Positions 9,546 through 18,093 of a stretch of DNA of 64,000 bases are shown here, piece by piece. The notes below the pieces were generated by a model that made no database searches, was not told the DNA's origin, and worked only from the letters and a program-made list of their open reading frames with translations. This DNA is from a virus, in the IMG/VR virus record IMGVR_UViG_3300047496_000262, positions 15,849 through 79,848 of that record; one strand, written 5' to 3'. Numbering within the stretch: position 1 is the stretch's first letter; every line of letters starts with the position of its first letter. A program made the position numbers and the translations under genes.

Positions 9546-9575
9546 CATGGACAGTTGAAACCGAAGGAGACAGTG

Positions 9576-9887
9576 ATGCGCCGGTTTATGATTATGTACG
9601 ACGTGCCGGATGATTATCCGGAGATGAAAGGCATCCAGACGCTGGCGACCGAATTGTACGAGCGGGACTGGATGCCGATACACCAGGATTCGGGTGAAAT
9701 GGCAATCATGTTTGGCACAAAGGACATAAGATTTAGATGGTCTATGACCCAACTCTCAACTGATTCATTCCCTCCAGAGTATCTCGCAGGCTTGATGAAT
9801 AAGAATCTGGATCTCACTCAAGAGGCTGCCGAGCAGAACCGGTTATTGGGTATAGATGCCGCGCCGGACTTCCCCAGCAAAGCCTGA
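9576..9887 (+). CDS. hypothetical protein
   Basis: GAAGGAG RBS; the 3' half is AT-richer than its neighbours. Confidence 0.55.
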   Translation: MRRFMIMYDVPDDYPEMKGIQTLATELYERDWMPIHQDSGEMAIMFGTKDIRFRWSMTQLSTDSFPPEYLAGLMNKNLDLTQEAAEQNRLLGIDAAPDFPSKA

Positions 9888-10161
9888 TCCCATCCTTTTG
9901 CGCTTGGCCCAGGTGCAGAAGGACGCAAATGGCTATTTCCAGCGGGCGATGCGGCGCGAGAATGCCCCGACCGAGCGCATCGGCTGGGAGATGCGCGAGT
10001 TCCGCAAGGCGCTGATCGACCGGCAACCTCTGGTGCAATTGAGGATTCTGGAGAAGTACCGATCCCGGATGCGCGAGTGGTATTTCGCGCCCGAACGCCG
10101 CTTTGCCGGCATGGCGCGGGGCGAGCCAGCGGAAGATCCGGCCGCGGCATCGAAACGCTGA
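9856..10161 (+). CDS. hypothetical protein
   Basis: 101-aa ORF with phage-like codon usage, converging on the pentamer array. Confidence 0.55.
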   Translation: MPRRTSPAKPDPILLRLAQVQKDANGYFQRAMRRENAPTERIGWEMREFRKALIDRQPLVQLRILEKYRSRMREWYFAPERRFAGMARGEPAEDPAAASKR

Positions 10162-10163
10162 TA

Positions 10164-10540
10164 CCGCGGCCGGAAGGTGCTTGAGAGACAGGACCTGCCG
10201 CACCGAACCCGGCCCGACCCCGCCGCGCCCCACCTTGACTGCATGACCAGGACGCGCCGCGACGTAACGAGCCTTGACCCACCACGACCGCCCTGACTCG
10301 CCTTAACCGGCCAAGCACACCTCGCCTCGACCGCCAGACCGTGACGCGACAGACAAGGCCTAGACCCACCTTGACTGCCGAACCCGGAACAAACACGACG
10401 GGCCCGGCCAAAACAAGCCCTGACCGCCTTGACGGTCGCACCGGAACGCGCCTCGACACGCCATACCTCAACGTGCCCCACCTTGCCTGAACCCACCTCA
10501 ACACACCAAATTTGGACCGTCTAACCTTCCTTGACCGCGG
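10164..10540 (-). ncRNA. pentameric G(G/U)Y-NN repeat array 1 (candidate multi-guide RNA, VIPR-like) enclosed by a long-range stem
   Basis: The plus strand parses as about 58 R(C/A)C-NN pentamers with GACY-GC phase breaks at 10237, 10286, 10329, 10373 and 10422. The flanks 10164-10191 and 10517-10540 are complementary on the minus strand. Confidence 0.75.
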
Positions 10541-10543
10541 CTC

Positions 10544-10861
10544 CTAAGCCGCCATATCCGCCTCATTATCCGGCGGATCCTGCTCCGACCCGTCGTCGTC
10601 ACCGCGTTGAATCGCGCGGATTTCGGCGTCGATGCCGGTAATTTGTTGCACCAGAAGCGCGCGGTTGCATCTCAGCCGGCCCAGCAGAAGTTCGTTTAGC
10701 GCCATGATAGTACGAACGTACACCGGAACCGGCAGATCGCCGCTGACCCATCGATAAACCGTGTTCAGGGCACAACCGGCCTGGGCGCCCAGTTGCCGGC
10801 GGCTGATGCCCAGCGTCTTCAGCGCGGCATTCAGCGATTTTCCATCGGTGATCGGGCTCAT
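10544..10861 (-). CDS. XRE/Cro-family HTH protein
   Basis: LNAALKTLGISRRQLGAQAGCALNTVYRWVSGDLPVP. Confidence 0.8.
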   Translation of the reverse strand: MSPITDGKSLNAALKTLGISRRQLGAQAGCALNTVYRWVSGDLPVPVYVRTIMALNELLLGRLRCNRALLVQQITGIDAEIRAIQRGDDDGSEQDPPDNEADMAA

Positions 10862-11073
10862 GATGGTCCTTCCCCGGTGGCGTACCGCAACGACGTGATC
10901 GTAAAGGCCGATGGCCCGACCCTGATGCCGCCCAGCATTTCGGCCGGCACCAGCGGATTGATGCCGGCACCGGCCTTGTTGGCGACCTCGACCGCGCCCA
11001 GGAGCGTGGCGGCCAGACCGACGGTGCGGCCGTCCAGGACAACCCGGCGGATGCGTTCTGCCCGGGCGCTCAT
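10858..11073 (-). CDS. hypothetical protein
   Basis: MSARAERIRRVV..., ATGA-coupled on both sides. Confidence 0.55.
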   Translation of the reverse strand: MSARAERIRRVVLDGRTVGLAATLLGAVEVANKAGAGINPLVPAEMLGGIRVGPSAFTITSLRYATGEGPS

Positions 11074-11276
11074 GCCGCCTGTTCCAGGGCTTCGGCCAGG
11101 GCGTACCAGCCGGCGATATGGCGGAGGTCCATGGTGATGACCTGGGCGTCGTCCGTGGTCAGACGGCCCATCGCGTAGCGCCACGCCATGCGGAAGCGAT
11201 TGGCCTTGTGGGCGACGCGCTGGCGGAGATGCCAAAGCTGATACTGCACCTCGCGGAGCGGGGGATTGTGAATCAT
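11070..11276 (-). CDS. hypothetical protein
   Basis: 68-aa ORF downstream of the 11347-11375 promoter. Confidence 0.55.
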   Translation of the reverse strand: MIHNPPLREVQYQLWHLRQRVAHKANRFRMAWRYAMGRLTTDDAQVITMDLRHIAGWYALAEALEQAA

Positions 11277-11346
11277 AGCATCGTTGCCTTTCCTGTTGAT
11301 TTCTCAAGGCCGCGTCGTGCGGCGATGAGGCGAGAATCGCGGATTA

Positions 11347-11375
11347 GGTCTATCAAGGATTTCGCGCGAGCGCAA
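11347..11375 (-). promoter_or_regulatory. putative promoter for the small-gene/HTH/array-1 transcript
   Basis: TTGCGC-17 nt-TAGACC; shares TTGCGYTCGCGCGAAA with the 5609-5637 promoter. Confidence 0.5.
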
Positions 11376-11382
11376 GTATTTT

Positions 11383-11796
11383 CTATGACGCGCACATCTC
11401 CGCGGCACAGCCCACCTCGCTGTGGAGCGTGACCGAACGCTGCTGCCATCTTCCCTCCCGGCGGCCGGCGCGGGCGTCATCGTCGAAGCGGATGCCTTCC
11501 GGCCAGACACCGGGATTCCGGGGCGGGATCAGGTTGGGCGGGCGCACCCGTTCCGCCTTGATATCGGCGGCATAGCTGGCCCGAACCTTGGTCATGGTCT
11601 GGGCCAGGATGGCGCGGCGGATCTCCTTGCTTTTGACCAGCTTCATCCGCTGCGCGACATGGACCAGCCCGCCCATGGTGAGCACGAAGGGGTGACATTT
11701 AGCGTTGATCATCGGCAGCAGCACCGAGTTGGGCGTATCGCGATAATGTTCGGCCACCATCGCGTCGATCAGCGGTTTCAGTTGCAGCCGATCCAT
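11383..11796 (-). CDS. hypothetical protein
   Basis: 137-aa ORF coupled to the upstream HTH gene. Confidence 0.6.
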   Translation of the reverse strand: MDRLQLKPLIDAMVAEHYRDTPNSVLLPMINAKCHPFVLTMGGLVHVAQRMKLVKSKEIRRAILAQTMTKVRASYAADIKAERVRPPNLIPPRNPGVWPEGIRFDDDARAGRREGRWQQRSVTLHSEVGCAAEMCAS

Positions 11797-12272
11797 CAGC
11801 CGGCCCCCAGATTCGCAATGGCGCGCGAGTATTTATTCCAGGAGGCCGCGACCGAGATCACATGGGCGGGATCACGGCCCAGGATCCGTTGGCGCAATTC
11901 CCACCGGATGATGATGTCGCGTTCCTTGCGGGATCGGATGGATTGGAAAGGCTCCATCAAAGCCCGCATGTCGGTGATGCCGGCCAACTCGGCCAAGTCA
12001 TCAATATCGGTGGTGCTCTCCACCAGCGCGCGGACCCGATCAATGTCCGATATCCGTTTCGATTTGATGAGCATCGGCACCTCCTCTGCACCGTCACTTT
12101 CCTGCCGGCGGCGCATCAGCGCCTCGACCGCCAATTGGACCGCGCGCGATATGGTGACATGACAATTCTCGTACATGCAAACCGTTATTCTGGTGACGCC
12201 CAGGGCTTGCGCGAACAGGCGCTGGGTCAGGCCCAGATCGTGCCGGCACTGCCGAATCTCCGCCCCGGTCAT
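11796..12272 (-). CDS. XRE-family HTH transcriptional regulator
   Basis: MTGAEIRQCRHDLGLTQRLFAQALGVTRITVCMYEN. Confidence 0.8.
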   Translation of the reverse strand: MTGAEIRQCRHDLGLTQRLFAQALGVTRITVCMYENCHVTISRAVQLAVEALMRRRQESDGAEEVPMLIKSKRISDIDRVRALVESTTDIDDLAELAGITDMRALMEPFQSIRSRKERDIIIRWELRQRILGRDPAHVISVAASWNKYSRAIANLGAG

Positions 12273-12330
12273 CGGATCCCCGGCGTCCAGATGCGGCGGT
12301 AACTCGGTCGTGCCCAGCCGCAACCGTTTA

Positions 12331-12367
12331 CGAATCGCCAAAACGGGCCTCCGAATCGCCAAAACGG
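12331..12367. repeat. 16-bp direct repeat CGAATCGCCAAAACGG x2 (21-bp period)
   Basis: Copies at 12331-12346 and 12352-12367, upstream of the HTH gene. Confidence 0.8.
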
Positions 12368-12380
12368 TGGTTGCGATCAG

Positions 12381-12689
12381 TCATGATGCGTCACGGCATA
12401 GCACCAGGGCGGGGTGATCCGGCGGGACCCCGTTGGCAATCGCCATCGAACGGAAGTCTGGATAGATCGGCACCGTTGGACTTAATAAATTGTCCTTCTG
12501 GAGTCGTTGGCGAAAGACGCCGCAATAAGAGTACGGATCACGCGGGCTGGCCGGGCAGTGGATGTCCGCGACCCCATGTTTGTCCAACAATGTGGCGATG
12601 CGGATAAACTCCTCAAGCGGAATTGTTCCGGTCGGAAAATCCATACGCCACGGGCAGTGTTGGCACGGCCAATATCCATTTCCGCTCAT
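12381..12689 (-). CDS. Cys-rich hypothetical protein (PCxxCPWR)
   Basis: MSGNGYWPCQHCPWR...HC...YCG, likely metal-binding. Confidence 0.6.
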   Translation of the reverse strand: MSGNGYWPCQHCPWRMDFPTGTIPLEEFIRIATLLDKHGVADIHCPASPRDPYSYCGVFRQRLQKDNLLSPTVPIYPDFRSMAIANGVPPDHPALVLCRDAS

Positions 12690-13324
12690 TGCGCTCGTTG
12701 CTCCATTTTGGCCGCCTGCTGGACCCGGACCATCTTGCGGTACCGGCCGCGGCGTTCCGAGCCCTTTTTGCCAGGCTTGTCCCAATCGTGGCCGTCCGCT
12801 TCGCAGAGAATGCGGGCGGCGGCGTCGAGCGCTTGCGATGCGGCCCGTTGGATCTCTGCGCGTTGCTTCATCTCCGCATAGGCCGCCTCGCGGGCTTCTG
12901 CTTCCGCCTGTTGCTTGGCGGCGATCCGCGCCATGTCGCGCTTCATCCGGGCCGGCGGCTTGATCTGGAAACCCGCCATGATGGCGACGGCCAATTCCCG
13001 CCAGGACCGATAGGATGTCTGGTCCGGCGACGATGTATAGCGCGGTTCGCGGGTGAAGCCTTGGCCCAGATCGGTCCGCCATTCGTAATCGGTCTCTTCC
13101 GCGCGGTCCCAAATGTCGGACACGCGCCACGGGTTTGATGCCGGGTTAGGATGATTGCTGATGCGGAGCGACACCGGCACCGCGTCGCCCTCGGTGCGAT
13201 CATGTTCCGAGCGGTAGATATAGAGATAGGCCGATCGGCTTCGACGCGATCGGTTCATCTCCACATAGAGCCCAGCGCCGCGGAAAGCGGCGCTGAACCA
13301 AGCGACGGGCGCCAGATCGGTCAT
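12686..13324 (-). CDS. hypothetical protein
   Basis: MTDLAPVAWF...SAYLYIY...LRISNHP; coupled by ATGA overlaps. Confidence 0.6.
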   Translation of the reverse strand: MTDLAPVAWFSAAFRGAGLYVEMNRSRRSRSAYLYIYRSEHDRTEGDAVPVSLRISNHPNPASNPWRVSDIWDRAEETDYEWRTDLGQGFTREPRYTSSPDQTSYRSWRELAVAIMAGFQIKPPARMKRDMARIAAKQQAEAEAREAAYAEMKQRAEIQRAASQALDAAARILCEADGHDWDKPGKKGSERRGRYRKMVRVQQAAKMEQRAQ

Positions 13325-13617
13325 GCGACGCTCCGCCGCTTGGCCTTGCGCTGCACGTACATCCATTCCGGTTGCCAGCATGCCGCCTCATAGCGTGTCG
13401 AGCCCTTGCGCATCCGGATTGAGGCGAAATTCATGGGCCCGAACATATCGCAGGCCGTGACCTTGACCCAGTTCAGCGCCTCTTCCCGTGTGGCGAAGCG
13501 CTGGCCGGTGATCTGGTCGGTTTCCAGATCTAAGATCTTGCCCGCCCAATCGTCGTCAACCGTCTCGAAGACGGCGACACTGGCGACATGCGCGCGGCCT
13601 TGGATGGTTCTGACCAT
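13321..13617 (-). CDS. hypothetical protein
   Basis: MVRTIQGRAHVASV..., in the packed leftward operon. Confidence 0.55.
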   Translation of the reverse strand: MVRTIQGRAHVASVAVFETVDDDWAGKILDLETDQITGQRFATREEALNWVKVTACDMFGPMNFASIRMRKGSTRYEAACWQPEWMYVQRKAKRRSVA

Positions 13618-13627
13618 GATCCGCCCC

Positions 13628-13843
13628 CTACCAATCGAACGCGGTGCAGATCGGGCCGCAGCCCGATGCACGGCAGTTGTGCAGGCGGATCCATCGGGTC
13701 CGCTCGACCTCGGCGGCTTTCCGCATACTGCCGGACCATTGGACGGGCTGGGCGCCGGCCAGCAATTCATCGCAGCGCGGGCATTGGCCCGGCGGCGCCT
13801 TGCGGCCGAATACCGGCCCGCCGCATGTGTGTTTCGTGGTCAT
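13628..13843 (-). CDS. small Cys/His-rich phage protein
   Basis: MTTKHTCGGPVFGRK..CPRCDELLAG...HNC..CGPICTAFDW; AAAGGAAAC RBS. Confidence 0.7.
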   Translation of the reverse strand: MTTKHTCGGPVFGRKAPPGQCPRCDELLAGAQPVQWSGSMRKAAEVERTRWIRLHNCRASGCGPICTAFDW

Positions 13844-13866
13844 GGTTCTGTTTCCTTTCCGGTTCA

Positions 13867-14160
13867 TCAGACTTCAAAACTTACGGTGGCGAGAAAGCCG
13901 CTGGTATCCACGAGAACGCCCGAGGGGATTCTATCCAGCCGCACGGCATCGCTGGTGCCGAACACATCTCTCCTGATCCGGGTCAGCATATTTTGGAACA
14001 GGTCCGAATTTGCAAAACTTCCATATCGAGGGTGCCGGCGAAACGCGCTCATATCGCAATGAGAGCGCTTTAATTCCGGCACCCTGATGCACCGATACGC
14101 TAGGGAGTCGTCGTGATTAAACACGTCTATGACCTTGGATTTGAACGATATCCGTGCCAT
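13867..14160 (-). CDS. hypothetical protein
   Basis: 97-aa ORF with an AAAGGAAAC RBS, first gene after the promoter at 14215-14243. Confidence 0.65.
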   Translation of the reverse strand: MARISFKSKVIDVFNHDDSLAYRCIRVPELKRSHCDMSAFRRHPRYGSFANSDLFQNMLTRIRRDVFGTSDAVRLDRIPSGVLVDTSGFLATVSFEV

Positions 14161-14214
14161 TACCGTTTCCTTTCCTGTTCATGGCGCTGGCCGCTATGGC
14201 ATCAGCGCTGATCG

Positions 14215-14243
14215 AGTGTCGCGCAAACGCGAGATTGCGTCAA
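14215..14243 (-). promoter_or_regulatory. sigma70-type promoter
   Basis: TTGACG-17 nt-GACACT. Confidence 0.55.
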
Positions 14244-14347
14244 TCGCTGATCGCCGCGTAGGCGCGAATTTCTGCCCCATCGACGGATCCGGTAGAAGAT
14301 GAATGCGTCGGCTTAGGCGGCCGGCGCATCCATCCGCTATCGGGGTG

Positions 14348-14590
14348 CTACAAGCCCACCATCAGCAGGATTTCGCCCGCCCCGAAGACACTATCCTGGC
14401 GGCAGGTCTCGCACCGGTAGCGGCAGGCATCGGGCTCGACCCCATCGTCCGAGACCTCGCCGCAATTCAGGCAAAGCCCGTAGCCATCAATATAGGCATC
14501 CTCCAGGTCCTGCGGGCGCTCGCGGGCGATCTTCTCCGCCATCTGCCATTCCGCCTTGCTCGGCTTTTCGTCCAGCGGATGCACGCTCAT
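14348..14590 (-). CDS. zinc-ribbon protein
   Basis: GLCLNCGE...VEPDACRYRCETC..SVFGA. Confidence 0.7.
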   Translation of the reverse strand: MSVHPLDEKPSKAEWQMAEKIARERPQDLEDAYIDGYGLCLNCGEVSDDGVEPDACRYRCETCRQDSVFGAGEILLMVGL

Positions 14591-14931
14591 GGCGACACCA
14601 GCCAGTAGAGGAGGAGCCAAGTACCGGTGATGACGAACCCGGCCAGGATGGAATCCCAGGTGACCGAGCCGGTGAAGGCATGGGGATCCGGATAGTCGCT
14701 CATGATACGGCCCTTTCGATCAGATAGGTTTCGATGAGGAAGCGGCTTTGATGGTCCATCACGATGTAGCGACGGTGTTTGTGCTCCACCGGATCCGACG
14801 GCTTGCCGTTATAGGGATCCTGCACCTTCATCGGCTTTACCATGATCTTTCTCCGTTCTTTCTCTGATAACCCTGCCCATCGCAGGCTATTGGAGCGGTC
14901 GTTGCTGGCCGCTCCAATCGACTAGGATGGT

Positions 14932-15219
14932 TCAATCCTTGGGTTGGATTGCATCAAGATAGATCCGTTCGGCGGAAATCATGGCGTCACGGGCGCTCTC
15001 GTGCTTAATCATGTACTCGTCACGACCGAATCGGCGGGAAGTACGGGTTGCTTCGTTCCACTGGCTTACTTGCGCGTTCCATTTGGTTCCGCGTTTGGCC
15101 TTGAGGTGGCCTCTGGAAAATTGTTCCGGGTTTACGGAGAGCGTCACGCCGTCCGGCATCTGTGCCCGGAAACTTGCTCCGCAGCACGTCCAATAGAACT
15201 TCGGGGTTGGGGTCGTCAT
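14932..15219 (-). CDS. hypothetical protein
   Basis: 95-aa ORF with a GGAGAG RBS. Confidence 0.55.
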   Translation of the reverse strand: MTTPTPKFYWTCCGASFRAQMPDGVTLSVNPEQFSRGHLKAKRGTKWNAQVSQWNEATRTSRRFGRDEYMIKHESARDAMISAERIYLDAIQPKD

Positions 15220-15248
15220 TACTCTCTCCTTCCATGTTGCTGCCGCGC

Positions 15249-15746
15249 TTAGGCGGCGATGCCGATCTGGATTTCCATGGCCGCCGGATCAGCGGCCATC
15301 AGGATGCGGTCTTCGATATCCGCCAGATCGTCGTCGAGGATCCAGGCGGCGATCAGCGCATCGTGCAGCGAATGCTTGGTGACCGCTTCCGGCCCCTGAT
15401 AGGCCACCGCCTGATAGTGCGAGCGTACCTTGTGATTCGGGAAACGCTCGGTGGTGAGCCCATGACGGGCTTTACGCCGCTGCTCCAGATAGTGCCGCAC
15501 CATGCGGCCGCGGAACTCGTCCCGTTCCGCTTCGTTCAGAACGCTGGCGAAGTACATCGCATCGCCCAGCGCGGCGAAGGCGACGATGGCACCGGTTTTC
15601 CCGCAGTAATACGGGGTGTCGAAGCTAGGCCCGCAGAAGCGCTTGGCCGATAGGTTGGGCACCTTGCACAGTACCGCGAAGACGCCCTTGGTGCCGGGCT
15701 CCACCGGCGTCGGCACCGGGTTCGTCCAGCTATGGGTCTGGGTCAT
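15249..15746 (-). CDS. hypothetical protein
   Basis: MTQTHSWTNP..., GGAGG RBS, ATGA overlap. Confidence 0.6.
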   Translation of the reverse strand: MTQTHSWTNPVPTPVEPGTKGVFAVLCKVPNLSAKRFCGPSFDTPYYCGKTGAIVAFAALGDAMYFASVLNEAERDEFRGRMVRHYLEQRRKARHGLTTERFPNHKVRSHYQAVAYQGPEAVTKHSLHDALIAAWILDDDLADIEDRILMAADPAAMEIQIGIAA

Positions 15747-16369
15747 GACGGCCTCCGCAGGTTTTGGGCGGCGTTCCGGCCGGCGGGGGTGACGGCACCG
15801 GCCCGGTTCAGATAGCCGAAGCCGATCAGCGAGGCCTTTGCCATCTCCCAATCCGCCTCGGAGGGCGGCACCTTGTTATCGCGATCCCAGGCGCGATCTT
15901 CCGGATAGCCATGGGTGATATCGGCCACCGCCATCTGGTAGCGGTTCTTGCCCATATAGGAGGATTTGCGGCAGGCCGTGTAGATCAGCACCAGTTGCTC
16001 GACCGGGTGCAGATCCGCGGTGCTGAGCGGCACCAGATCTGCGGCGTTCCGGGGATGAATATGGAAGGTCAGCCCCATATCCTTGCCGCAGAACCACGAG
16101 CGGCGCACGGCGGCGAAACCGGGTTCCAGATGGATGGTCACGTCCCGGCGGCTGCGATCTGGCGGCGCGTTATGGTTGACGGCTTCCACTTCCTTGCCGT
16201 CGCTCATGCGGATGAGGGTCCAGATCTCGCGGGTGCCGCCATCGGATAGCCCGGCGGTCAGCGGGATGGTGACCTTTTCCGTCACCACGGCCTGGAATTT
16301 GGTTCCGGTATAGGTGCCGCGCAGGTGCTTTGGCACCAGGGCGGCATCAAGATAGGTTGGGCGTGTCAT
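15743..16369 (-). CDS. hypothetical phage protein
   Basis: MTRPTYLD...FCGKDMGLTFHIHP.NA...GYLNRAGAVTPAGRNA; AAAGGAAC RBS. Confidence 0.7.
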   Translation of the reverse strand: MTRPTYLDAALVPKHLRGTYTGTKFQAVVTEKVTIPLTAGLSDGGTREIWTLIRMSDGKEVEAVNHNAPPDRSRRDVTIHLEPGFAAVRRSWFCGKDMGLTFHIHPRNAADLVPLSTADLHPVEQLVLIYTACRKSSYMGKNRYQMAVADITHGYPEDRAWDRDNKVPPSEADWEMAKASLIGFGYLNRAGAVTPAGRNAAQNLRRPS

Positions 16370-16420
16370 TCCATCGGTTCCTTTCGTTTGGCTTCCAATC
16401 ACAGCTTGACTGGCAGTCAT

Positions 16421-16448
16421 ATCATGCGCGTTTGGGAGATAATGTCAA
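16421..16448 (-). promoter_or_regulatory. putative promoter of the second leftward block
   Basis: Perfect TTGACA with CATGAT 16 nt downstream. Confidence 0.45.
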
Positions 16449-16864
16449 GCGAAATCATACGTGAGATAGGAGTGATGGCGACGAGGCCCGTTTGAGCGCC
16501 ACCGGGCCCGCCGATATCGCCTGATCGGCCAGCTATGCGTCGATATTGGGTATCCCAACCGTTATGTATGCTTAATTCGCATTGCGGAATCTACCTATGC
16601 CTGCGCTAGCTTGGGGGACAGCGGCGGGTCACTGATTTGTTGCGGGCGGGATGAAGGGAAGTGCAGGCCCTCCGTTCGCCGATCGGTAAACCGCCTAAAA
16701 GACCGCCCCCTTGTCACGAGGCGCGGCCCGCCGCTGTTCCGCAGCTTTTGGGGGATGAGGGGTCACCCGCCTATGTCTAGCCGGAATGCCGGCGCCCGTC
16801 CGAACGGATGGGCGTTACCGGGATCATATTGTCTGGCGTCCCCCGTCGATGGGTGTGGGCGCTG

Positions 16865-17053
16865 ATGACCGCCGAGGATCATGTCCGCTCAATGGAGGCG
16901 GTGATGCTGTCGGTGCAGATCCTGGTGATGAATTTGATACCGCGACCCCGGGAGGAACAGCGGCTCCAGATCGTGACCTGGGCGGCGACCGGCAAGCTGC
17001 CCCGGCCGATGGCGGATATCCTGCTGGATGAATTGGGGCTGGCGGCACCATGA
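16865..17053 (+). CDS. small hypothetical protein
   Basis: Coupled to the primase gene by ATGA. Confidence 0.5.
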   Translation: MTAEDHVRSMEAVMLSVQILVMNLIPRPREEQRLQIVTWAATGKLPRPMADILLDELGLAAP

Positions 17054-18093
17054 GGGACCAGCGGTTTAGCCCGGCGGAACTGGCGCTGGCGGAATCCAGG
17101 GTCAATCTGCCGGCGGAGGTCGGCCGCCATATCAAGTTGACCAAGCAGGGCCGGGCCTATGTGGGGCTCTGCCCGTTCCACGGTGAGAAGACGCCGTCGT
17201 TTTATGTCTATCCCGACCATGTTTATTGCTTTGGCTGCGGCCAGTACATGGGTTCTATTGGTTTTTTAGCATTTATGTATAATAAATCCTTCCGCGAGAT
17301 GGTGGTTGAACTGATCGGCGAGGCGGGCAGCCCCACCAGATTTTTGGCCCAGATGCGGAGTGCGTCGGACCAGTACCGGCCGGAGGCGGATGACGCGGAC
17401 CGGTACAAGGCGTCGCTGGCCCGCGATATATTTTTCAGCGCGGCCCAAGCGGAGGGGACGCTGGTCGAGACCTATTTGAAGGCCCGCGGGATCAGGGCCC
17501 GGGTTTCCAGCCAGATCAAATTCGTGCCGGATTTGGAGCATTGGGATCCGGTTGGCGAGAAGGCGACCCGATGGCCGGCGTTGGTGGCGGGGATCCAGAC
17601 GGGGGCGGGGAGTATCGTTGCGTGCCAGCGGACTTGGCTCCGGCCCGATGGGGCGGGCAAGGCCCCGGTTCCGCATGTCAAGAAGACGTTGGGCAAATTG
17701 TATGACGGGGCGATCCGGCTGAACAGCCCGACGCATTGCCTGGGGCTGGTGGAGGGGCTGGAGACCGGGCTTTCGGTGCGGGCGATCTACCACATACCGG
17801 TGTGGGTGGCGTGTGGCCGGCGGATGGACCAGGTGGCGGTGCCCAAATCGGTGGAGGAAGTGCTGATCTTTGGGGATAATGGGGAGCCCGGGCATAAGGC
17901 GGCTGAGAAGGCGGCGGCTTTCCATTCGAGGAAGGGACGGCGGGTCGAGATCCTTTATCCGGATCAGGATTATGGTGATTTCAACGATGTCTTGCTGGGG
18001 CGGAAGCTGCCGGGTGCGCGTTCCCTGGTTCCGTCTGGCCCGGTTGTGGTTGAGGCGGCCCCGCCCCGGTCGAGACTGGTTGCGATGGTGTGA
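17050..18093 (+). CDS. DNA primase (CHC2 zinc finger + Toprim)
   Basis: GLCPFHGEKTPSF..YCFGCG; VEGLETGLS; IFGDNGEPG; GDFND. Confidence 0.9.
   Translation: MRDQRFSPAELALAESRVNLPAEVGRHIKLTKQGRAYVGLCPFHGEKTPSFYVYPDHVYCFGCGQYMGSIGFLAFMYNKSFREMVVELIGEAGSPTRFLAQMRSASDQYRPEADDADRYKASLARDIFFSAAQAEGTLVETYLKARGIRARVSSQIKFVPDLEHWDPVGEKATRWPALVAGIQTGAGSIVACQRTWLRPDGAGKAPVPHVKKTLGKLYDGAIRLNSPTHCLGLVEGLETGLSVRAIYHIPVWVACGRRMDQVAVPKSVEEVLIFGDNGEPGHKAAEKAAAFHSRKGRRVEILYPDQDYGDFNDVLLGRKLPGARSLVPSGPVVVEAAPPRSRLVAMV

Noticed and set aside
9818-10504. Long minus-strand ORFs (228 aa, 187 aa) across array 1
   Set aside because: Arg/Gly/Val low-complexity translations produced by a stop-poor 5-nt repeat; a 5-nt period is not a codon pattern, and the ORFs overlap real plus-strand genes.
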